This document shows, piece after piece, positions 32,560 through 42,559 of a stretch of 64,000 nt of DNA; the first letter of the stretch is position 1, and every line of letters begins with the position of its first letter. The stretch covers positions 2,666,001 to 2,730,000 of the forward strand of contig OZ251230.1 of NCBI GenBank assembly GCA_965240325.2. The letters are read 5' to 3'. Origin of the DNA: Rebecca billardiae RCC1528. Its lineage: Eukaryota > Protista > Haptophyta. The notes beneath the pieces are model-generated. The model saw nothing but the letters and a program-made list of their open reading frames with translations, searched no databases and had not been told where the DNA came from. A program made the position numbers and the translations under genes.

Positions 32560-33711
32560 CTAATCAAGGGCAGCAAGCGGCGGTGCGGCGGTCACGGCGT
32601 CACGCATCATCATCGTCGGATCGATCGGCCGAACGGTCCGCCAGCCGCGCGGCTCTACGCATCGCATCCTGTAAACGCGCTCGACCGCGTGCGGCAGCAC
32701 ACACTCCACCCACAGCTGCTGCACCGCGCCCGTGCACAAGTCACCAAACCTTCCGTCCGCGGCCAGCTCATACCCCAGGGGCAGCAGCTCCACAGCGCGC
32801 TTGCGCGCGTGCTCTGGGAAGAGGTGGTGGGTCTTGGGGCTCCACGGGCCGGCCGCCGCGACCACGGCCGCCGCGGCGCCGTGGTGCGGATCGATGGCGA
32901 GCATGGCGTAGGCCAGTGCGAGGGGCGATGACTCGCCGCCGGCGCTGAGGTTGTCGGTGACGGGGTTCATGTTGCGCAGCATGGCCACCGCCTCCGCCTC
33001 GCTCAGCAGCTCGACGTGCTGCAGGGCAGTGGGCCAGCGCGACGCGCGGTCGAGCCAGGCCGAGAGCTCGCGCCCGCCCGGCATCCCCGAACCTGCGGCC
33101 ACCGTGCAAGCCCGATCCCGGTCCCGGCGGTTGAAGAGCTTCTCGCGCAGCGCCTGCTCCTTGCACAGCAGCTGTACCACCTGCAGCCGCTCAGCGGGCG
33201 TGGCGAGCTGAGAGGGCGTGCCACTCGCCAGTACCAGCAGGGACCCATCGGTCTCATCCTCATACCACGGCCCTGGCTGATACGGAGTGACGACCAAGTT
33301 ATGATCCCACATGATATCCATACGTGCGCCTGCGTCGAGGAGCAGCCGCACACACGGCACGCTCAGGTTCTTCACGGCAAGGAAGATGGGCACGCGGTCG
33401 ACTGGAGCGCCTAGGTTGTGGATGTCTGCGCGCGCTGCAATCAGCAGCTCGGCGCATGCCGCGTCGTTGCCGCTGCATGCCATCTGAAGTGCGTCTATCC
33501 CGTCGTCTTTGCTCTGCGTGTCAGCGCCCGCCTCGAGGAGAAGCCGCGCGCACTCGGCCTGTCCGTTGGCGCATGCGCACATGAGAGCCGTGCGCCCGCT
33601 TGCGTTGCGGCGGTCGAGATCGACACCCTGTGCGAGTAGGGCCTGGACTTGGTCTGCATCACCGAGCGTGCACGCGTCAGCCAGCTCGTGGATCAGCTCC
33701 TCGCTCGTCAT
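32560..33711 (-). CDS. Ankyrin-repeat protein with C-terminal WSPxTHxLFP region
   Basis: GRTALMCACANGQAECARLLLEAGAD, ALQMACSGNDAACAELLIAARAD, PIFLAVKNLSVPCVRLLLDAGA; intronless 383 aa. Confidence 0.88.
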   Translation of the reverse strand: MTSEELIHELADACTLGDADQVQALLAQGVDLDRRNASGRTALMCACANGQAECARLLLEAGADTQSKDDGIDALQMACSGNDAACAELLIAARADIHNLGAPVDRVPIFLAVKNLSVPCVRLLLDAGARMDIMWDHNLVVTPYQPGPWYEDETDGSLLVLASGTPSQLATPAERLQVVQLLCKEQALREKLFNRRDRDRACTVAAGSGMPGGRELSAWLDRASRWPTALQHVELLSEAEAVAMLRNMNPVTDNLSAGGESSPLALAYAMLAIDPHHGAAAAVVAAAGPWSPKTHHLFPEHARKRAVELLPLGYELAADGRFGDLCTGAVQQLWVECVLPHAVERVYRMRCVEPRGWRTVRPIDPTMMMRDAVTAAPPLAALD

Positions 33712-34366
33712 CGCCTTGGGGCACAGCCGCTGCTCGACGCGCGCCGCGGGTTCACAGGGCCTTCCGGGCTTCGTCCACCACGCCTCGAGCTTTTTGGCGC
33801 GAAGCTGGAAAGCAGGCCGCGGTTTGGCGCCTTCGGAACTCCGCGACTTCCGACTGCGCAGCCGCAGCCCGGGAAGCCATTCCCGCTGCCAGCTGAGTGC
33901 AGCCTGTGTCGTGCTCGCGATAGTTAGTACGTCACAGCAGTCCGCATCACGTGGCAGGTCTTAGGCGTCGCACGCGCGGCGCGGCGCTCCACGGGCGGAA
34001 ACTCCACGCCGCCGGGCCCCGGCTGTGCCGCTCCGTGCCAGACTCAGAGCCAGGGCGGCTGGCAGTGCTGCCGCGCACACTGACACTGCCAGTGCCGGCC
34101 AGCCGCGCAGCTCCGCGGGCTTGGTGTCGCCCTTACATCGCGTCCGAGGGCGGCAGGAGAAGCGCCGAGCGAGCGCGCGCGGCCAGGGCTCGCCAGCGCG
34201 CACGGTCACAGCCACAGCGCCACGGGGCAGCGGCCACGGTTGGGTGTCACGGCCGCACCCGCTGCCCCGGCGTCAGACACACACGCCCGCGGCGCGGCGG
34301 CGCGCGGTCGGCGGCGCAGCGGCGCGCGCCGAGCCGGCGCACCCGGTGTGCGCAGCTGGCGCGCGC

Positions 34367-35233
34367 TCAGCGCCGCGCCGCGGGCGCGCCGCCCCTGCGC
34401 TCTCGGCTCGCCGGCCGGTGCCGGTTGAGCACGCAGCCGCGGTCCGCGCGGCTGCGCTTGCCGCAGCACGGCCAGATGCCGTCCTCTGCCGCGGCCGGAG
34501 GCGGCGGCTTGGTCGGCCTGGGCGCGCCGCCGCCTGGCTCGGCTCGGCGCGCGAGCTCCGCCGGCGAGATGAGCCGGCGGTAGGTCGAGCCCGGCGCAGC
34601 CCCACCCGCGCCCAACCCGCCATCCCCGCCGCCGCTCCCCGCGTCCGCCGCGCCCTCCCCCGCCGCCTCCGACTCCGACGCATACGCCGCGCGGTGCGTG
34701 CGGCACGCGTACGCGTGGTTGGCGTGTTCGTGGTACAGCGCGGCGCAGCACGCGCAGCGCCGCGCGGGCGCGGACGTGCCGAGGCGCTCGCGCGAGAGCC
34801 GCGCGCCGCCCGCCTCGGCGTATGTCTCCGCCCAGCGCGCGCCGTCCGCGTCGAGGCACTCGAAGTCGCGCGCGCGCTTGTTCTCGCGCCACTCGCCGTG
34901 CGCGACGCGTCCGGCCGCGTCCTGCCACGTGCCGCGGCCGTGCGCGCGGCCGTGCGCGAAGGCGCCGACGTGCTGCGCGCCGTCGTCCAGCAGCAGCGCG
35001 CCCTGCCCGTGCGGCGTGCGCCCGTCCGCCGACGTCTCGCCCACGTACACGCAGCCGCCCTTGAGCTCGATCACTCGAGCATGGCTGCCATGGCTGCCGC
35101 CCGAGTCCGGGCGGCGCGCCGCGGCGAGGCGGCGGGCGGCGAGGCGCTTGGCGTCTTCGAGCGCCTCGAGCGCCTCGTTCGCCGCCGCCGCCTCCGCCCA
35201 CATCCGCTCATCCTCAAAGTTCGCAGAGAGCAT
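34367..35233 (-). CDS. MORN-repeat protein with C-terminal Cys/His zinc-binding module
   Basis: YVGETSADGRTPHGQG, HVGAFAHGRAHGRGTW, HGEWRENKR; then CACCAALYHEHANHAYACRTH...WPCCG...GCVLNRH. ATG at 35233. Confidence 0.75.
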   Translation of the reverse strand: MLSANFEDERMWAEAAAANEALEALEDAKRLAARRLAAARRPDSGGSHGSHARVIELKGGCVYVGETSADGRTPHGQGALLLDDGAQHVGAFAHGRAHGRGTWQDAAGRVAHGEWRENKRARDFECLDADGARWAETYAEAGGARLSRERLGTSAPARRCACCAALYHEHANHAYACRTHRAAYASESEAAGEGAADAGSGGGDGGLGAGGAAPGSTYRRLISPAELARRAEPGGGAPRPTKPPPPAAAEDGIWPCCGKRSRADRGCVLNRHRPASRERRGGAPAARR

Positions 35234-35550
35234 GCCGCCAGAGCCGTTGACAAGCGGCCCGCGGCGGTGCGCCACCGTCCTGCAGGTGGCGGAGCGGTAG
35301 CACGCTTTCGAAAATCATCGCGACGCGAAAAGCTGAAATCTCAAATCGGGCGGAAATTATCGCGTGGATGCACAATGGCGGCGAAGAAATGTCGTTACAC
35401 GGCCCTCGGGCGCTGAATATTACAAGTCTCGAGTCACGGAGGGCGCGGGCCGGAAGCCGAGAGGAGCGCGAACACGATTCGTCATCGCGAGCCCGCCCAC
35501 CCCCCTCGGGCGTGCGCGGCTGCATGCACGCGCCCAGGCCGCTGGCCGCG

Positions 35551-36606
35551 ATGAACGAGCCGCCGCGCACAGCGCGCGTCGAGCCCGCGCAGCGCTACGG
35601 CTTCCGCCCGGGCACGTCGATGATCCAGTCCTTTGGCTCGACGCAGCGCCGCACGCTGCACGGCGGCGCCCAGACGGTGGCCGACCCGCGCGTGTACGCG
35701 CCGCAGGGCCCGCTCGCGGCGACGCAGCCGATGCCGCGGACGTACTCGATGCCGCGCGCCACGCGCTTCCGGCCCAACGCCTCCGACTCGTACCCCGGCC
35801 CCGGCGCGTACAGCCCGCCCAACGTGCACGTGCGCTCGGGCTCGGAGTTTCCGAAGCGGTCACACCAGCAGCCGGCGTCGCGCACGGGGCCGGCGGCGGC
35901 GTTCAACTCGACGCAGCGCCGCGTGCTCGACCTGGCGCCGCACGCGCGGCGCGAGGGCGTGCCCGGCCCCATCTACGACCCGCTCGACGCCGCCCTCTCC
36001 GGCGTGCACGTCCCGTCCGCGCTGCGCGTCGCGGCGGCGCTGCGCGCGGGCGGTCGGCCGCGCTGGGCAGACCTTAACGAGTCCGCGACGTTCGCGCAGC
36101 CCGAGCTGGACCGCGGGCTGCCGCCGGGCGTGTGCGTGCGCGCGCCCGTCGAGGGCCCGGGCGTCGGCGAGTACGGCCGCATCTTCGAGTGGCCGCCTAG
36201 CCCGCCGCGCACCGCGCCGCCGCGCGCCGGGCCTGCGGGCAAGGAGCGGAGGTTCGCCCCGCGCTCCGAGGGCGGCGCGCGGCTCGTGGGCGAGCACGGC
36301 GCGCTCAGCCCGGGGCCGGCGGCGTACGCGCCGCACGTCACGCACAGGGGCAAGCGCATCGGCCCCGCGCGCGAGTACCCCACCGCGCTCCCCGCCACCG
36401 CCGGCTTCGTCCCCGAGTACGTGCCGCCGCCGCCGCGCACGTGGGTGCCCAAGGAGGACGACGTGCGCGCGCGCGCGGACACGGTGCTGGGCGTGATCGC
36501 GAGCGGCGAGCTGGACGTGGCGGCGATGAGCGCGGCGCGCTGGCCGACGCACGTGCGCGCGCTCGCGCACCTCGAGGGGCGCTGGCGCCGCACCGCGACG
36601 ACCTGA
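35551..36606 (+). CDS. SHIPPO/PGP-repeat (ODF3/STPG-like) putative axonemal protein
   Basis: Repeated [31 protein letters not shown] with spaced F-x-S/T-x-x-R motifs. Start could be further upstream (35368). Confidence 0.7.
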   Translation: MNEPPRTARVEPAQRYGFRPGTSMIQSFGSTQRRTLHGGAQTVADPRVYAPQGPLAATQPMPRTYSMPRATRFRPNASDSYPGPGAYSPPNVHVRSGSEFPKRSHQQPASRTGPAAAFNSTQRRVLDLAPHARREGVPGPIYDPLDAALSGVHVPSALRVAAALRAGGRPRWADLNESATFAQPELDRGLPPGVCVRAPVEGPGVGEYGRIFEWPPSPPRTAPPRAGPAGKERRFAPRSEGGARLVGEHGALSPGPAAYAPHVTHRGKRIGPAREYPTALPATAGFVPEYVPPPPRTWVPKEDDVRARADTVLGVIASGELDVAAMSAARWPTHVRALAHLEGRWRRTATT

Positions 36607-36702
36607 GCCGCGCCCGCCGCTTCCGATTCGGCCGGTGGCGCGGTGCTACCCGCTGGACTCGGTCACCGGGCGCGGCCGCGCGGGTACTGACACTACTGTA
36701 GT

Positions 36703-36830
<128 letters not shown>

Positions 36831-36844
36831 CGATATATATATAT

Positions 36845-39800
36845 CACAGCGCAAGATTTCGGAAAAGATGTCGTTACGGGCCCCCCCCTGCACCCGCCCG
36901 CTCGCGGAAATTCAGCATGGCGACGCGCGGCGCGCTGAAGGGCGGGGAGCGTGCGCGCGCAGTCCCAGACTACCCCGACGAATTTCCCCGAGCGTCTCCC
37001 CATCGATCCAAGACACCCCGCCCTGCCCACAGCTCGAGATCGGAACAGGTGCAGTTGAGGTCGCGTGCCGCGCGGGCGGCTCGGGCGCCAGTGCGCACCT
37101 TTTTTTATGGATGGCCACAGAACACCCTTCTTCCTCGGTGAGGAGGCCATGCACGGCAGCCACAGGTGCGTATGCATTCGACTGAAGCCTGATCCGCAGC
37201 CGGCTGCTGCTCCGAGCACGCACGCCGCTCGAGTTTGGAGCTGCGCGGCACTAGCACTTCTCCGAGGCGATGATGCCAGGCGTGTGGGGTCAGATCACTG
37301 CGATGGCGCGCGAGGAGGGCGGCGACTAGGCGTCGCCGCCCGGCGATAACGGCGGAAGTTGTTGCGGCCCCGCCTCTCGCGGCCCCGCCTGCAGCACTCC
37401 GCTTACGGCGTTCGTGTCCACCGCCCAGATCGAGCCCTCAGAGCGGATGCGGCTCGACGCCTCACACGGCGGGTGCAACCTGCAGCGCCGCCCCGCATGA
37501 CCCAGCTGCCCGCGCGGCAGCTGCCGAGACCACGTGCCCGCGGCTCGACCCCTCCGTGTTGACCGCCGTCGTGTCACTACCGCCGCCTGGCCGTGCCGAC
37601 TGCCCGCTGCCCTCACCCTTCCACCTCCCTGCTGCCCGTGCAAGCCGGAGCTCGCCACCAGCTGCCCGCACTCGTCGACGAGACGCCGATCGCTGGCCCG
37701 GCCCATCGCTCATCGCCCGCCACCCGCCCGCCCGCGCCGCGGCGCCCGCCGCACGGCACGCAGCTCTCGGCGGCAAGCATTGCTGCCGTGGACGGCAGCG
37801 CCGACCTGCTCGCGATCCACGTTGCCGAACTGTCGGAGGCGAACGTGCGCAAGAGCTGCGAGCTGAGCGCCGTGCCGAGACTCGAGAAGCAGCTGCACGC
37901 GGAGCACGCTGCAGCAGCCGAACGGACGGCGGCGGCCGCCGAGACGATGGCTGCACGTAGGGTGCTGCTCGGCGTGGCCGAGGCCAAGTGGCGCGCAGCC
38001 TCGGCCGATGCCGCCGCGAGCAAGCCTGCTCGGCAAACCGCTGCGTTCGCGCTTGCCGCTGCTGCTCGGCGTGAGGCGCGCGCGCACGTGGCCGAGCGCG
38101 CTGCCGCGCGCGAGGAAGGCGCGGAGGAGCTTGGGCGGCTCGAAGCGGACCTGGCTCCTGCGCACGAGGTGACACGTGCGGGGTGTGGGCGCGCGTCCCA
38201 GGCGCGTGCAAGCTCGAGCTCGCGCGCGAAGGACTCGGCGCCAAGCCTCCGCGCACGAGAGCGCGGCGGAGGCGGTGGCGGCGGTGCGGCGCACGAGCAG
38301 CGAGCAGCCGCGCCATCCAGTCGGACGAGCAGTGATGAAGTGCTTCAAAGCTCGGAGTCGGATTCACCGTTCACGTCGGTCACGGCCTGCCACGCAGCTG
38401 TCGGACTGAGTCCCGGTCCCGGTCATCGTCCGGCGCTGAGTCGTGACTTGTGGCAGCAGCCGCGCCCGGCGGTGCGCGCGGTCCGAGCCCGGGCCCGCGC
38501 GGCTCACTGTAGTAGCAGTCGCCTGACCAAGTGAGAGTCGTGTTATCGACCAGTAGGACCGTACGTCGTGAGAGTCATCGAGGAGGCTGCTGAGTCAGCT
38601 GCGCCCGACCCGCTCCGCGCCTCCGGTCAGCCTCCGCGCCCGCTGCCGCCTCCGCCGCGGGGCCGGCCGATCGTCGGGCGGTCAGCCGCGTAGTCCGCAA
38701 TGAAACTCGACGTCCAACCGGACAGATTCCCGGTAGTCCGCTGAGTAACCGGTCATCGTAGTGTGAGCCGTGCTGACTGCGTGACGCCGCGGCCGGGCCC
38801 GGGCGCGCGGGTGCCAGTAGCTATACTATAGATACTAGCTAGGCCCCGGGTGCCAGTAGCTACTGGCACCCGGGCGGTAGCTACTGGCACCCGCGCCACC
38901 GGTGACCCGCCCTGCCGCGGCCGCGGCCGCTCGGCCATTGTGACCCGGCGGCGAGTGAGAGTCCCCGTAGTCAGCTCTCATGATGGCCTCACGCGAGGAT
39001 CGCGCCGGTACGGACCGCTGCGACGACTGGTGGCGCGCGCCGACTTCTGTCTGTCTCGTGCAGCGAGCGAGCCGCGGCGCCGGCGGCAGCGGCGGCAGCC
39101 GTCGCGCCGCCGACTGCTGCGCTGGCTGCTGCGGCGGCGGCGGAGCTTCAACGGCGGCGAGCCGCGCGGCCCGCGCGGTCCGGGCACAGAGCGGCTGAGC
39201 TGTGACACGGGATGCCGGACCGTCCCGCCGAGCGGCAACGGTCGTCACGGGCTGCACGTTGGGCTCGGACACGGCCGTGGTGAGGTTGACGAGCGCAAGT
39301 ACGACCTCGCCGTTGTGCATGAACTTGAGCGAGATGACCGCGCTGAACGAGCAGGCCAAGTCTGTTCGGCACGCCGCCTAGGGCTGCGCGCTCGCCGCGT
39401 GCGTCGAGGCCGAGGAAGGCTGGGTTCTCAGGAACGGTACTGCAGGCGACAGCAGTAAGCAGCTTGCCCCTGACCGGTCACGTCGCCGAGTCACGCCGCA
39501 GCCGCTCATGAATCTTGCGCACCTGCGCGACGAAGAGGGCGGCGCTGCACGCGGACATGCAGATAACGAGGAGCGCGACGTGCAACGCGTTCATCGCCGT
39601 CGCCAGAGCGCTACCAGACCCACACATCGCCTGCCATGCCGCCTCGACCGCCTCGCGCGAGCTCCACAAACAGTGCGCTTCTGCCGCGCGAGCACGCTCT
39701 GCTGTGTGATCTGGTTGGTGTACCGGTGAAAATGCATCGAGGGGCCCTTCGTATGCGGCATTAGACCTCGCACGTCCTTCTCCCCGCCCTTCTTTCACGC

Positions 39801-40360
39801 CAAGTGTCTGCGCGCGCGGCGATCCGCGGCGGCGGGCAGATGCGGCCACATGCAGGCGAGCAGCAGAAAGGGCGCGCGTGCATGGTGAACGCGTCAGATG
39901 CAGGATACGTGATGCGCATTTTGGGCATCTACACTCCGATCCCGCCCATCGCCACTTATTCGCCAGACCCGCATCTCCAAGGGGCTCGGCGCTGTGCGCG
40001 CCTTCGCGCGCGCGAATGTTCAAATCATGGCCGCGCGTGCAAACGGGGTGCAGGTGGACGATGGATGCGGCGGAGCGATTCCTGCGCCGCGCCGCAAATG
40101 CGGGGAACTGTATTGCGCAGCTGAAGCGCACGCACCATCGCGGCCCAGCCAAGCCGCTCGGTCCCAGGCCGACGCCAGCTGGCGACGTTCGTCGCGCGAT
40201 GGGCGATTTCGACGACATCGCGAAGCGCTCGACCAATTCGCCTCCGGCCGTCCGCCGGCCGCGTCCAACTGCCGGCGAGGGAGCCGGGTCGGCAGTTATC
40301 GCATTTTTTTAATGGGTTCGCCGAATTAGCTTACGGTCGTGGCTGGCGGGCGATCCTGCG

Positions 40361-40365
<5 letters not shown>
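36845..40365. mobile_element. Putative non-autonomous CMC (CACTA/EnSpm-like) DNA transposon inserted in (TA)n
   Basis: Left end CACAGCGCAAGAT (36845-36857) and right end ATCCTGCGCTGTG (40353-40365) are 12/13 inverted. TAT flanks both ends and TA tracts abut both termini. No transposase motif recognised. Confidence 0.65.
38805..38896. repeat. Nested palindrome
   Basis: Perfect 30-bp palindrome CCCGGGTGCCAGTAGCTACTGGCACCCGGG (38845-38874) inside 19-bp inverted arms 38805-38823 / 38878-38896. Confidence 0.92.

Positions 40366-40414
<49 letters not shown>
40366..40414. repeat. (TA)n microsatellite, about 24 units
   Basis: Read directly. Confidence 0.97.
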
Positions 40415-40416
<2 letters not shown>

Positions 40417-41237
40417 TCCGTCCGCCACGTTAATGATGGAGTCGCGGTGTTTCAAATGACGAATGAATTGCGCGCTCGGCCACAGCGTGCCGCGCTGCGG
40501 CGCCGCCCCGTCACGGCACACGGCCCTGACCGGCCGCGCGTCTTATATACTAGTTACTCGGACTGTGCGGACCGATTACTCGGACGACTCTCGTCTCTCA
40601 CTCTCTGTAGTATATATATCGTCGTCATCCGTGCGTTACTCTGCTCACTCGCCGCCGGTCCAGGACCCACTCGTCTGGACCGACAGGCATTCTCGTTCTC
40701 GGGCACTCACTCGCCATCAGACATCATATCAGTACCGCTACGGTGGATGCAGGATGGCCGGCGCGCGCCGGTATAGTAGCATCAGCGCAGCCGCCGCACG
40801 CGGTATACTACTATATATACTAGTCCGTGCATGAATCTATATAGAAATTAAGTGGCCCGCGTGATCTGACAGACAGCGGTCTGAGCCGGCCGAGCCGCCC
40901 GCGAGACCCGGGACTGGCGAGGCCAGTACTGCACTCTGACAGGCGCTACTAGCGCGATGCGCCATCATCATACAGAATCAGATGCTGATGACTATGATAC
41001 ATTATTCGTTCGGATACTCAGTCTCCTAAGTAAGTCTCAGCGACCGGTCGCCGCGGCCGCCCCCGGGGCGAAACGCCGCCGCGCCCGGGTCGTCCGGCGG
41101 CTCATCACAGCCGACACGCGCGCTGCTGCCGACCCGGCCGTCCGCCTGTGAGTGCCGGGTCGCGGGCGCGCTTGCTGTGCCGCCAAGTAGTACTCGATGA
41201 CCTGGAAACTGGAGCCTCGGCGTTGCCCGCCAGTGAG

Positions 41238-42218
41238 TCAGCAGGTGGGCGTGCGAGTGCCGATGCTCGGCGCCTCGGCGGCAGCGGCGGCAGCGTGCTT
41301 TGCCGGCGTGGTGAGCTCGCGGATCGGCGTGCTTGCCACTGTAGCCGCCCGCCCGCCCGCCTTCGCGCCGTCCGTTGGTGGCAGCAGGGCGTTGCCAGCC
41401 GCCGGCGTGTCCGCGGCGCCGTGCTTGCCGCGGCCGCCGCCGCGCTCGGCCCGCCGCTTGTCCGCCGAGTGACGCGGGGTGAGAGCCGAAGGCGCGACGC
41501 GTTCGCGGGCAGGCCGGCTCGCGGGCGCGGCACGCTGCTCTTTCCCTTTCGCGCCCGCCGCCACTGGCGCGTCCGCAGATGGGCTCGGGTTCGGCAGCGG
41601 CGTGGCCGGCGTGGCCGGCACGTCATCACCCTGCGCGCTGTCAGCGCCGCGCTCGGCCGCCTCGGCCGCAGCCGGCGGGCTCGGCGCCCCAGCGCGCACG
41701 AGCAGGTGCGGGTGCAGCTCCCCCTCGTCCGTCGGCACGGGCGGGCGGCGGCGCGAGACCCATGCCACCTCGAGCACGGAGAGCGCGCCGAACGCGAAGA
41801 TGGCCACGCCGAGCATGAAGGAGATGCGAGATTCGCCGAGTGTCCCCACCAGCACGGCTGCGCTCAGCATCAGCATGAGGCCGGGGACGACGGTGCGCCG
41901 ATCGCCGACGAGGCAGCGACACAGCTCGTGCACGAAGCGCGCGGAGCGCCCCATCGGCTGCTCGTCGTCGGGCGACGACTGCTTCTCGATGCACGCGCGG
42001 TACTTGGCCTGGCACACGGCGCACTTGAGCCTCGGCTCGAGCGCCATCGCGCGCCGCTGCTCCGAGTTGAGGAGCTGCTCGAGGCAGGCGCGGTGCACGA
42101 CCATGGTGCAGTCGCAGATGCCGGCCAGCGGGGCCTCGCCGAGCTCGGGGTCATCGTGCAGGCACACGAAGCACTTGCCCGCGTCGCCGGCCTCGGACGT
42201 GGCGCTGCTGCCGGCCAT
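41238..42218 (-). CDS. RING-CH (MARCH-type) membrane E3 ubiquitin ligase
   Basis: C4HC3 pattern CFVC...CDC...HRAC...CAVC followed by two hydrophobic helices and a low-complexity tail. ATG at 42218. Confidence 0.82.
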   Translation of the reverse strand: MAGSSATSEAGDAGKCFVCLHDDPELGEAPLAGICDCTMVVHRACLEQLLNSEQRRAMALEPRLKCAVCQAKYRACIEKQSSPDDEQPMGRSARFVHELCRCLVGDRRTVVPGLMLMLSAAVLVGTLGESRISFMLGVAIFAFGALSVLEVAWVSRRRPPVPTDEGELHPHLLVRAGAPSPPAAAEAAERGADSAQGDDVPATPATPLPNPSPSADAPVAAGAKGKEQRAAPASRPARERVAPSALTPRHSADKRRAERGGGRGKHGAADTPAAGNALLPPTDGAKAGGRAATVASTPIRELTTPAKHAAAAAAEAPSIGTRTPTC

Positions 42219-42559
42219 ATCGGCACCGCGCCACCACCTGTTCTGCACTGCCTTTGTGGAAGCGCGCAAGATCTCGGTTTGGCATCAAGCCCAGGGACGT
42301 TGATTAGACGTTTAGCGCCACTGTCATCAACAGCTACCGAGGCAGATAGCAGATTCCACTGATTTCAGATTCTTGCACTTACTGAGTTCCTATGCACATA
42401 CCGACGGAGGAATCTGCAGTTCCACGCGGTCCGGGTCGACCTCGCGCCGCCGGACGGCGGTGATTCAGCTGGGGCTGCGAAGACTGGGGCACTGGTGGGA
42501 ATCTTTTGGATTGACGTCGTCGGTTGACGTCGACGGCCAGCGGCACTGGCCAATCCAGC

